A DNA stretch of 64,000 nt from contig CAZSMV010000002.1 in assembly GCA_964608215.1 (NCBI GenBank), forward strand, positions 1,913 to 65,912. Direction: 5' to 3'. Positions 1 to 8,823 of the stretch are shown here, piece after piece. Both the position numbers and the translations under genes were made by a program. The DNA comes from an uncultured Staphylococcaceae bacterium (lineage in GTDB: Bacteria; Bacillota_I; Bacilli_A; RFN20; CAG-826). The stretch's first letter is position 1. The number at the start of each line of letters is the position of its first letter. The notes below the pieces were generated by a model. That model was not told where the DNA came from. It searched no databases and saw only the letters and a list, made by a program, of their open reading frames with translations.

Positions 1-1
1 G

Positions 2-1321
2 TCTGATACTATAGTTGCTGCACAAGCGAAGATGCTAAATAGTATGGACTTTTTAACTATCGAAAATGAAAAAAATACAAAACTAAAACATGTTTTATAT
101 GTTGATGTTTTAAATGCTTTTACTTCGATTGGCCACCATTTACCTTCGATTATTAGTGCACTATTGGTAATTATTATTTTAATTGTTTTATCTTTCTTTA
201 TTAATTATAAATTTTCCTTGATTTTATTTTTAGGCATTGTATTAGGCATAGCACTTTCTTTTGTAAGTAGAAAGAAAATAACAGAGTCATCAAGTATATC
301 AAATAAATATCTAAAAAATTTAAACTATAACACTTCAAATTTTCTTGAATCTGTTTCAATTGCGAAGCTTAATAAATTGGATAATTACTTTGAGAATATA
401 AGTAAGAATAGTGTCTTTTCATTCATAAAGGCTGTAAAAAAAGAAGATAGCAAAACATATATGTGGGCTGGATTATCATCTGGATATATGTCTTTGTTTT
501 CATATTTTATATCTGCTTTGCTTGTTCTTCCTTTATTTGATGGCACCTTATTAAATTATGCATTGTTAACGATTATATGTAGTTTAGCAATTCAAGAAAG
601 CGAAACAATTGTAAACAATTTTAGATTGCTCTTTAAATCTGTAATTAGTTTTAAAAATATTGATACAATTCTATCTTCAGTTGCTAAAAATGTTGAATAT
701 TTAAAAGAGATTAATTCTATTAAAGGTGAAAATGTCAATTTTAAAATAGAAGATAAACAAATTATAAAAAATTTAAATTTTAATTTTAAGAAAGGTGAAA
801 TGATAAGAATTAAAGGAATAAATGGATCTGGTAAATCAACTCTTGTTAAAATGATAGTTGGCTTATATGAAAATGATTCAATTATATATAATAATAGCGA
901 GAAAAAATCGCCTCTTAAAAAAACACTATTTATTGAACAAAATGAATTATTACTTAATGAAACTGTTTGCAATTATTTATCAATTATTACTGGAGAATCT
1001 ATAGATGATGCTATGAAAGCAGTGTTTGCTAAGAAACTAAAACTAGATAGAAATATATTCGATAAAAATATAGAAAATTTCGGCGAAAATTTATCTAATG
1101 GTGAATTGAAGAAAATTCAAATTATTAGATTAATGCTTGATTCACACAAAAAAGATTTAATTATACTTGACGAAATTATGTCTGGACTTGATGCTTCTAC
1201 GAGAAAGATATATTTGAGTTACTTACAGGAATTGAAAAAACAAAACAAAATTATAATTTTAATTGAGCATGAACGCCTAGAATTTAATTTTGATCAAGAA
1301 CTTGAAATGAAGAATAACTAA
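2..1321 (+). CDS. ABC exporter with fused membrane and ATP-binding domains; 5' end cut by the window edge
   Basis: The reading frame stays open to base 2 upstream of the first Met at 32. The N-terminal half is hydrophobic helices. Walker A is GINGSGKST, the signature is degenerate (LSNGE), Walker B is LIILDE and the H-loop is IEHE. Confidence 0.8.
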   Translation, partial: SDTIVAAQAKMLNSMDFLTIENEKNTKLKHVLYVDVLNAFTSIGHHLPSIISALLVIIILIVLSFFINYKFSLILFLGIVLGIALSFVSRKKITESSSISNKYLKNLNYNTSNFLESVSIAKLNKLDNYFENISKNSVFSFIKAVKKEDSKTYMWAGLSSGYMSLFSYFISALLVLPLFDGTLLNYALLTIICSLAIQESETIVNNFRLLFKSVISFKNIDTILSSVAKNVEYLKEINSIKGENVNFKIEDKQIIKNLNFNFKKGEMIRIKGINGSGKSTLVKMIVGLYENDSIIYNNSEKKSPLKKTLFIEQNELLLNETVCNYLSIITGESIDDAMKAVFAKKLKLDRNIFDKNIENFGENLSNGELKKIQIIRLMLDSHKKDLIILDEIMSGLDASTRKIYLSYLQELKKQNKIIILIEHERLEFNFDQELEMKNN

Positions 1322-1371
1322 TTTTTTTGAAATCAGTTGCTAGGGCTAGTCTAAAATTGTACCACTTTTTA

Positions 1372-1778
1372 TGGATGGGATGCGGACATTTTTTTGGACT
1401 ATTTTTTATTAATATGAATAATTTAACATGAATTTTTTGGAGATAAATAATTTAACCTCTTTTTTTATCCTTTTATTTACGAACCAATTCAAATATTTAT
1501 CTAATTCAATAACAAAATCATCACATTTTGTATTTTCCAATTCCTTGAATAAAAGAATTCATTTTTAATTGTTCCAAAAAATTCTTCACACATAGAATTA
1601 TCAGGCGAACAACCCTTTTTTGATATTGACCTTGTATAACCAAATTTGTCCATTAGAGTTATCCACGATTCAATTCTATAATGAAATCCTCTATCACGTG
1701 TATCATTTTCTTATGAATTGAAGATTAATTGTAAACTATAAGTGTTTTTAGAAATTTTTGATGGACCGCATCCAACCA
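1372..1778 (-). mobile_element. Internally deleted IS3-family insertion sequence remnant that retains both terminal inverted repeats
   Basis: TGGATGGGATGCGGAC at 1372-1387 matches TGGTTGGATGCGGTCC, the reverse complement of 1763-1778. Both start with TGG as IS3-family ends do. They enclose a transposase C-terminal fragment. A 10-bp direct repeat TAGTCTAAAA lies outside at 1347-1356 and 1806-1815. Confidence 0.5.
1501..1712 (-). pseudogene. IS3-family DDE transposase C-terminal fragment, frameshifted
   Basis: The minus strand reads DRGFHYRIESWITLMDKFGYTRSISKKG. After a frameshift in an A-run it continues CSPDNSMCEEFFGTIKNEFFYSRNW and then stops. This matches the IS3 OrfB motifs SDRGxxY and GxCxDNxxxExFFxxLKxE. 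No N-terminal part is present. Confidence 0.7.
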
Positions 1779-2344
1779 AATCTAATAAGACTTTGATTTT
1801 GTATTTAGTCTAAAACCGATTAATTCTTTGATTCTAGTTTAAGACGTCCTCGGTCATGAGTTTAAAAACTCGTCATAGAGAACCAAAGGTTGTCGAATAG
1901 GTTTTTATAGATATAAAAAAATGGGATATTTGTAAGGAGTTTGATATTCCTTCTAACATGCGAAGTGCTATAAAATTGCTGTAAGGAGCAGGTCTTCACT
2001 ATTGTAGACAGGGGATCTACGTGTTCATATGTAGAACCTCGTATGAAACCACGAGGAAGGTTGAAAATTATAATTATTAAGGTAATTGTCAAGATGTTGA
2101 CATACCGAAAATTGATTTAAAAAATATATCTAAAATTAATGAAGCTGCTTTATTAAAAAAATATGAAAGCACAATGAGTGGGCACAATTTTTACATTTTT
2201 AGTTCAATTTAAACAAAATAAAGTAAAAACAAATTTTTGAAAATATCAATAAATACTTTATTTCTTAATTAATCATAATCTCTACCTAATGCCGGCAAGG
2301 TCCACCAAATCGAAATTTATTCGATGGTTATCGAATTTCTCATT

Positions 2345-2373
2345 GTGCCAACTTTAATCTTGGCACATTTTTT
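2345..2373 (+). terminator. Orphan rho-independent terminator on the plus strand
   Basis: GTGCCAA-CTTTAATC-TTGGCAC is followed by ATTTTTTAT. No intact plus-strand gene ends here. The 5' arm overlaps a 10-nt sequence (2339-2348) complementary to 2169-2178. Confidence 0.5.
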
Positions 2374-2413
2374 ATTTGAATATAAACATTTTTGTTTAAA
2401 TTCAAAAGCTAAA

Positions 2414-3644
2414 TTAGGATAAAATAATATCGACCATACCAGTAAGAAAATCAATCACATTTAGATGAGTAATACCATTTCTTGATGAGTCTTTTTTGTC
2501 TAATGAAATAACAAATTTAGGTGATCCATCTTTAATTTTTTGAAGCACACCATACTCTCGATTTAATGTTATTTCACTTTCCATATAGTAAGATATTTGT
2601 ATAAAACATTTTTTGTGTCCATCAACGACAGTAAAATCAATTTCACCATCTCTTATTCTTTCATAAAAAACTTCATATCCTCTTACAAGCAATTCATTAT
2701 AGATAACTCCTTCTAATGAAAAAGTCTCATCTGGGCGCACGGAACTTACAAGTGAATTTTTAATTCCAATATCTAGAGAATAATATTTTTTAGTCCCATT
2801 AAGTCTTTCAATTCCTTTTGTATAATGTGGCGAACATTCTGCAATTAAATAGCATTCAATTAGATAATCAATGTAATTGTTAATTGTGATTGATTTAGGC
2901 TTGGCTTCTTTATTAGTGATACCATGATTAAGATGTTTAGCAACTGACATTGAAGAAAATGGTTTACCTGATTCGGATAAAACATAACTAGCTACTCGAA
3001 GAAATTCGTTCTTATTAATTTTTTTATGCTTTGTAAAAACATCTTTTTCAATTATGGATTCATAAATACCTCTAAGATATTTTCTAGATTCTAATTCGTT
3101 ACTTTCATTAAATCTTTGAGGCATACCACCAAGTTTTAAATAATCATTAAAGGCTTCATCCTTATCAAGTTCAATGCTATTGGTTTTATAAAAATTTAAA
3201 TACTCATTATAAGTAAATGGATGAATCTCAAATTCTTTTGCTCTACCAGTAAGTTCATCTTGTAATTTACCTTTTAATAATTTGGAATTGCTGCCTGTAA
3301 CAAAAATTGAGCAGTTAAAACTAACCCTTATTGCAGCAATAGCAATTTCAATTTATTAATATTTTGAATTTCATCAATAAAAATATAGTACTTCAAATCA
3401 TCTTTTATTAAGGAAGTAATTTTTTCTTCTAGTTTCTCGCATGTTTTAATTTTTCTACTTTCAATACTTTCAAGATCAATTTTAATGATATGATCATTAT
3501 CAACATATTCTTTAATTTCATCGATAATTTGAGAAAGAATAAGCGATTTTCCGCATCTTCTTATCCCGGTTATAGTTTTGATTAAACCTGATTCATAATA
3601 AGGTCTAATTTTTTTAAATATAGTTCTCTTTTTATTTTTTTCAT
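2414..3644 (-). pseudogene. AAA+ ATPase of the COG1373 type (DUF4143-like C-terminus), disrupted by frameshifts
   Basis: ATG at 3644-3642. The P-loop ITGIRRCGKS and Walker B YIFIDEIQN lie in a different frame from the start codon. A stop follows DEIQNINKLKLLLLQ. The downstream frame resumes NCSIFVTGSNSKLLKG...GGMPQRFNES and runs into the 236-aa ORF 2414-3124. Confidence 0.75.
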
Positions 3645-3799
3645 AGTTTAATTAATATTATTTTCCGTTTGAATTTCGACTTTTTTGCAAAAATTCAAAC
3701 GAATAAATATTAAGTTGTTTAGCAAATGATTAGTTATAATTTTCTAATAAATACATAATTATTTTTAGTAGAGCAATTGCAACCAATATTTTTAAAGAA

Positions 3800-3818
3800 A
3801 AAGTCCATTTCGGACTTT
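3800..3818 (-). terminator. Rho-independent terminator of the MATE gene
   Basis: The minus strand reads AAAGTCC-GAAAT-GGACTTT followed by TTTCTTT. Confidence 0.6.
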
Positions 3819-3874
3819 TACGTATTTATTTTTTTAATTTCTTCAATTTCACTTTGGCAGCTATTTTATTTTTC

Positions 3875-5206
3875 TCAATTTTTCTTTTTACTTGATGGTT
3901 GTTTTCTTTTATTAACTATATAAAGAGTTACAGCAATTAAAGTAACAATAAACTCGGATACTGGATAAGTTGACCATACTCCCATCATTTTAAATATATA
4001 AGATAAAAGAAATGCAGTAGGGATTAAAATTATAAATCCACGAGCAAGTGATATTATTTGAGCAAAGAATGGCTTTTCAATTGAATAAAAGTATGTTGCA
4101 AGAACAATGTTAAATCCAATAAATGGACAAGCAATGAAATAAATTTTTAATCCTGTTTCTGAAAGTTCTTGAAGTGTTGCATTTTTTTCGCTATTAAAAA
4201 TTGATGCAATATCAGTTGCTCTTAAAAATGTTATTGAATATATAATACAAGATAAGATTATCATTGTGATCATTGAATATCTTAAAAGGATTTTAACGTC
4301 AACTATTTTATTTTCTCCATATTTTTTGCTTATTAAAGGTTGAATGCCTTCAGATAAACCAGTATAAATTGCAATAACAACAAGAGAAATTACTGTAATA
4401 ACGCTAAATGCTGCAACGCCAATATTACCAGAAATCTTTAAAATTATAAAATTAAATAAGAACATAACAACACCTGAAGTTACCTCTGTTAAAAAAGGCG
4501 AAAAACCACTAGATAAAATATCTTTTATATTTGTCAAATTTGGTTTTGTTTTGGTTAGGTGAAATTTATTTTTTCTCATTATTAAATAAGGACACAAAAT
4601 TAAAATGCTTATAATTGGTGATATACCAGTTGCTAAAATTGCGCCAAAAATTCCCATATTTAAAGGGAAAATGAATATATAATCAAGTAATATGTTTGAT
4701 AAACTACCAACAACCATTGCAACCATTGAAAAAAGTGGTTTACCATCATTTCTTACAAAGCATTGTAATAAGCTGTTTAATAAAAATGCTGGAGTAAATA
4801 AAAGCATTACTTTTGCATAAGTGTTAGTCATTTCAAAAACACTATTATCGGCCCCTAAAAATTTAATTATATATTTAGAAAAGAATAATCCAGTCAAAAC
4901 TAAGATAATAGAAAAGAAAAGAGAAATATAAAGTGAATTTGTGAAAATCTTGTTTGCTTTTTCATTATCTTTTCTACTTTTATAGATGGAATATTTGGTA
5001 CCTCCACCCATTCCAATCATTAATCCAATTCCATTAATGATACAAAATATAGGGAAAGCAAGGTTTAATGCAGTTAATCCATTTGTACCTAATTTATAAG
5101 AAACAAAAAAAGTATCGGTTAATGTATAACATGAATATACTGCTTGACCTAAAATATTAAGCGAAACATATTTAATAAAATCCTTAAAAATAGTTTTGTT
5201 TTTCAT
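3875..5206 (-). CDS. MATE family efflux transporter
   Basis: 443 aa with about 12 predicted hydrophobic helices. The N-terminus (LGQAVYSCYTLTDTFFVS...) and overall layout are typical of MATE/NorM-like proteins. Confidence 0.8.
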   Translation of the reverse strand: MKNKTIFKDFIKYVSLNILGQAVYSCYTLTDTFFVSYKLGTNGLTALNLAFPIFCIINGIGLMIGMGGGTKYSIYKSRKDNEKANKIFTNSLYISLFFSIILVLTGLFFSKYIIKFLGADNSVFEMTNTYAKVMLLFTPAFLLNSLLQCFVRNDGKPLFSMVAMVVGSLSNILLDYIFIFPLNMGIFGAILATGISPIISILILCPYLIMRKNKFHLTKTKPNLTNIKDILSSGFSPFLTEVTSGVVMFLFNFIILKISGNIGVAAFSVITVISLVVIAIYTGLSEGIQPLISKKYGENKIVDVKILLRYSMITMIILSCIIYSITFLRATDIASIFNSEKNATLQELSETGLKIYFIACPFIGFNIVLATYFYSIEKPFFAQIISLARGFIILIPTAFLLSYIFKMMGVWSTYPVSEFIVTLIAVTLYIVNKRKQPSSKKKN

Positions 5207-5230
5207 AGATTACCTTTTTCTAAAAATAAA

Positions 5231-5266
5231 ACGCACCCATACAATATAGCCTTTGCATGGGTGCGT
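5231..5266 (-). terminator. Rho-independent terminator of the 4Fe-4S membrane protein gene
   Basis: A 10-bp stem ACGCACCCAT/ATGGGTGCGT is followed on the minus strand by TTTATTTTT. Confidence 0.7.
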
Positions 5267-5316
5267 CTCAAACCATAAATATTTTAAACATATTCAATAT
5301 TGTTTATCAACAAAAA

Positions 5317-6189
5317 TCATTTATGATTTTTAGTAGATTGTTTCTCTCTTTTTGGAATAGATGTTACTAATTTTATGGCATCTTTTGGGCAATTTTTAGA
5401 ACATTCAAGACATAATATACATTCAGTTCCATTTATTCGTTTTAAAGAATTGTTGGTTACATCTACATTCATAGGACATACTGATTTACATCTATTACAA
5501 GATACGCATTTATCCTTATCGCATTTTACTCTTGCAATTGAAAAATAAGTCATTGGTTTTAAAAATACAGTAATTGGGCAAAGATATTTGCAAAATGCTC
5601 GATTATCTTTAAAAACAAATGCTAATATGATACCACTTACATAATATAAAGCATTTCCAATTATAAAGGAGCAAAACATAATTTGATCCATATTCGAAAC
5701 TTTTGCAATAAATAAAATTCCAACAAAAATTAAAGATGTAGCAAAAGTTATATATCTTATCCAGCCAATCTTTTTTCTTGGATTCTTAGGAACTTTATAT
5801 GGAAGAAAATCTAAAATCATGGCAGTCCAACAAGCATATCCACACCATCCTCTACCAAATAGAAGTGGTCCAAAAATTTTTGCAATCATATAGTGTATTG
5901 TGGCTGCTTGAAAGATACCATTAAAAAGATAATACCAAAATCCTTCTATTTGCATATTTTCTTTCTCAATTATTCCTAAATAAATAAGCATATATAAACC
6001 TACTAAAAGTTGGGATATTCTTCTTGCGTGTTTATATTTTTTAATGAAAAGAAATAGAGCAAGTGAAATTGAAATTCCAATGTAACTAAAGTTAATTAAA
6101 TAAAAAATATTGTCCAATACTAACCACAAGATGATAGCAATTGCTTCAAATAGTAAAAACATAATTATCGAAGGCAAATATTTTTTCAT
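5317..6189 (-). CDS. Integral membrane 4Fe-4S polyferredoxin-like protein (NapH/COG0348-like)
   Basis: It has multiple TM helices and a GRGWCGYACW motif. Two ferredoxin motifs are present, CVSCNRCKSVCP and CILCLECSKNCP. Confidence 0.75.
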   Translation of the reverse strand: MKKYLPSIIMFLLFEAIAIILWLVLDNIFYLINFSYIGISISLALFLFIKKYKHARRISQLLVGLYMLIYLGIIEKENMQIEGFWYYLFNGIFQAATIHYMIAKIFGPLLFGRGWCGYACWTAMILDFLPYKVPKNPRKKIGWIRYITFATSLIFVGILFIAKVSNMDQIMFCSFIIGNALYYVSGIILAFVFKDNRAFCKYLCPITVFLKPMTYFSIARVKCDKDKCVSCNRCKSVCPMNVDVTNNSLKRINGTECILCLECSKNCPKDAIKLVTSIPKREKQSTKNHK

Positions 6190-6440
6190 AACACAGCAAA
6201 CGACTCCATCTCTTTCAAATTCAGTTTATTATTACATATGAGTATTTTTAATTCAAATAAACGAACAAAGATGTAAAGTAGTTTTGATTAGAATGACAAG
6301 TGTTTTAGACAAAAAAACATCTTTTTATTTATGAAACCACAAATGAATTTTATATTGCTTGATCAGTTGTTCTTAATTATTTGTATTTTTAACTACATTT
6401 AAGTTAATTGTAATATTTTCGTTTAATTTATTAACTACTG

Positions 6441-6469
6441 TTAATTTTAATTTAATTATTTGGTATAAT
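6441..6469 (+). promoter_or_regulatory. Candidate promoter of the GH2 gene with an extended -10
   Basis: TGGTATAAT (TGn plus TATAAT at 6464-6469) with a weak -35 TTAATT 17 nt upstream. Its position argues against the TTG at 6473 as the start codon. Confidence 0.45.
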
Positions 6470-6517
6470 TTTTTGCGTTATAAGAAAAGAGAAATTATTT
6501 TCTCAAAAGGAACGAAT

Positions 6518-8821
6518 ATGAGAAAAATCTATTTAAATTATGATTGGTTTTTTAAAGAAAATTTTGAAGAAAGAGATTTGATTTTAAATAATTTTGATGA
6601 TTTTAATAAAGTTGATTTGCCACATACAAATAAAGAAATTCCTTTAAATAATTTTGATCAAACAATTTCAAATTTTATTTCTATATACAAGAAGATAATA
6701 AATATTGAATCACTTCAAAAAGATAATGTTTTAGTTTTTGAGGGAGTTGGCCATAAAGCGACTGTTTATGTTAATGGCAAATTAGTTTGTACTCATCATT
6801 GTGGATATACTCAATTTAAAGTTAAATTAAATGAATTTGTTAAAATTGGTGATAATGAAATTGCTGTAGTTTGTGATAGCAATGAAATTGATCAACCTCC
6901 ATTTGGTTTTGTCATTGATTATCTTTGTTATGGTGGAATTTATCGAGATGTTTATTTAGACGTTTTGGATAAAACTCATATCGAAGATTATTATTTCCAT
7001 CATGATTATGAAGATATTTTTATTGATTATAAATTAAGTAAAAATAGTGACGCATTAATTGAAGCAACAATTAAAAATGATAAACAAGAAATTAAATTAT
7101 CTTGTAAAAATGGAGAGATTTTAAAAACAAAACTTCCTAATGTTGAGTTTTGGGATGTTGATAATCCAAATTTATATGATTTAAGTTTAAAAGTTATTTT
7201 AAATGGAAGTGTTCTCGATGAAATTAAAGATAGGGTAGGATTTAGATACATTAAATTTACTGAACACGGATTCTTTTTAAATGATAAGCCTTTAAAAATT
7301 AGAGGTTTAAATCGTCATCAGTCATATCCTTATGTCGGTTATGCAATGCCAAAAAGCATGCAAGAAGATGATGCAAACCTTCTTAAAAACAAATTATGTT
7401 TAAATGCGGTCCGTACTTCTCATTATCCTCAGTCAATAGATTTTTTAAATAGATGTGATGAATTAGGGTTATTAGTTTTAGAAGAATTTCCTGGATGGCA
7501 ACATATTGGTGATTCAAAATGGCAAGAAAAAGCTATAAATAATTTAAAAGAAATGATTATACGTGATAAAAATCATCCAAGCATTTTCTTATGGGGAGTA
7601 AGAATTAATGAATCTGGAGATAATCATGATTTTTATGTTAAGACAAATGAGCTGGCCCATAAGCTTGATCCTTATAGGCCAACTGGTGGCATTCGTTGCA
7701 AAAAATTTTCAGAATTATTAGAAGATGTTTATACGTTTAATGATTTTGTTTGTTCAAATAAGGGAATCAACTTGCATAAAAAAGAAATGGTTACAGAGAC
7801 TAAAAAACCATATTTAATTACTGAATATGGGGGACATATGATGCCAACTAAACCATTTGACAAAGAAAGTCGTAGAACTGATGTTGCTTTACTTCATGCT
7901 AATGTTTTAAAAGAAGCGGCAAACTATGATTTAGTAAGTGGGACTTTTGGATGGTGTTTTGCTGATTATAATACTCACCTTGATTTCGGTAGTGGTGATT
8001 TAATTTGCTATCATGGTGTTTTAGATATTTTTAGAAACCCAAAATTCAGCGCATATCCATATATGACAAAATCTAAAAAACCATTTTTAGAAGTTACTTC
8101 TAACTTTAATATTGGTGATCATGATGGTGGTTATATTAGATATTTTGCAATTATGACAAATTGCGATAAAGTTGAAATGTATCATAATGATTTTTTAGTT
8201 TCTACTTTTGATAATTTAGAAGGTGAATTTAATGGTTGTTTTAAGGTTGATGATCTTATTGGAAATTCATTGATTGCATTTGAAAAAATGTCTAAAAAAG
8301 ATTCTGATGAGGCGAAGAAAATCATAAGTGAACTATTAGAATATGACATGATTGCACGAGATTTTATAGTAGAAAAATATGGTTTTGAAAAGGTGAATCA
8401 TTGCATAGAACTTTTTGGAAAATATGTTTCAAATTGGGGGAGCCATCCAACTCCATATCATTTTGTAGGTTATAAAAATGGGAAAGAAGTTGTTAGAATT
8501 ACAAAAGGACCACAACATTTCGATCATATAAAAGTTAGTGTTTCTAATAAAACATTACATACAAAACGAAGCTATGATGTGACAAGAATTACTCTGGAAG
8601 CTATTGGTAATTTAGGTTCTAGATGTGATTATGCATTTGATGCTTTCGAAGTCAGAACTAGCGATAATTTAAAAGTTATAGGTGATAATTTAATTTATTT
8701 AAATAGTGGTGTTCGATCTGTTTATATAAAAACAATGAAAAAATCTGGGAAAGGAAGTGTAGAATTTATTTCTTCTAGATTTAAACCAATTAAGATTGAA
8801 TTAGATATTATTGAGGATTAG
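6518..8821 (+). CDS. Glycoside hydrolase family 2, probable beta-galactosidase
   Basis: NHPSIFLWGVRINESG is the GH2 acid/base region (compare LacZ NHPSVIIWSLGNES). YLITEYGGH is the nucleophile region. ATG at 6518 follows AAAGGAA; the track's ORF starts at an upstream TTG (6473). Confidence 0.85.
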   Translation: MRKIYLNYDWFFKENFEERDLILNNFDDFNKVDLPHTNKEIPLNNFDQTISNFISIYKKIINIESLQKDNVLVFEGVGHKATVYVNGKLVCTHHCGYTQFKVKLNEFVKIGDNEIAVVCDSNEIDQPPFGFVIDYLCYGGIYRDVYLDVLDKTHIEDYYFHHDYEDIFIDYKLSKNSDALIEATIKNDKQEIKLSCKNGEILKTKLPNVEFWDVDNPNLYDLSLKVILNGSVLDEIKDRVGFRYIKFTEHGFFLNDKPLKIRGLNRHQSYPYVGYAMPKSMQEDDANLLKNKLCLNAVRTSHYPQSIDFLNRCDELGLLVLEEFPGWQHIGDSKWQEKAINNLKEMIIRDKNHPSIFLWGVRINESGDNHDFYVKTNELAHKLDPYRPTGGIRCKKFSELLEDVYTFNDFVCSNKGINLHKKEMVTETKKPYLITEYGGHMMPTKPFDKESRRTDVALLHANVLKEAANYDLVSGTFGWCFADYNTHLDFGSGDLICYHGVLDIFRNPKFSAYPYMTKSKKPFLEVTSNFNIGDHDGGYIRYFAIMTNCDKVEMYHNDFLVSTFDNLEGEFNGCFKVDDLIGNSLIAFEKMSKKDSDEAKKIISELLEYDMIARDFIVEKYGFEKVNHCIELFGKYVSNWGSHPTPYHFVGYKNGKEVVRITKGPQHFDHIKVSVSNKTLHTKRSYDVTRITLEAIGNLGSRCDYAFDAFEVRTSDNLKVIGDNLIYLNSGVRSVYIKTMKKSGKGSVEFISSRFKPIKIELDIIED

Positions 8822-8823
8822 TT

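Noticed and set aside
592-972. Antisense or alternative-frame ORFs from the track: 592-972, 7027-7251, 9620-9823, 9922-10110, 12756-12989, 13224-13412, 13866-14195, 21615-21803, 22097-22357, 22460-22642, 23302-23496, 24149-24361, 27071-27259, 27526-27834, 31140-31433, 34020-34238, 37245-37719, 38853-39194, 43358-43835, 44567-44803, 51797-52018, 52325-52555, 54041-54660, 57597-57827, 58021-58215, 59552-59824, 60263-60448 and 61776-61988.
   Set aside because: Each lies entirely within or opposite a well-supported gene with clear family motifs. They have low-complexity or serine/leucine-rich shadow-frame composition and no RBS.
1862-2092. 76-aa minus-strand ORF in the decayed region, and 65-aa ORF 54964-55161.
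   Set aside because: They have no RBS and an implausible composition. Both lie in intergenic or degraded DNA.
2281-2310. GGTCCACCA, resembling a tRNA/tmRNA 3' end, and on the opposite strand GGTGGACC, resembling a T-box core.
   Set aside because: There is no T-arm (GGTTCGAATCC-like) or acceptor pairing upstream. The T-box-like match lacks one nucleotide of the conserved GGUGGNACC and has no downstream gene. I mention it only as part of the decayed region.
6473-6517. Upstream alternative start codons proposed by the ORF track: 6473 TTG for GH2, 45215 GTG for GH36, 47280 for LacI, 30302 for rbfA, 52359 for BI-1 and 62557 for gap.
   Set aside because: In each case a downstream ATG is preceded at proper spacing by a Shine-Dalgarno sequence and begins the conserved N-terminus. 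The upstream codon lies in the promoter, the RBS or the preceding gene.
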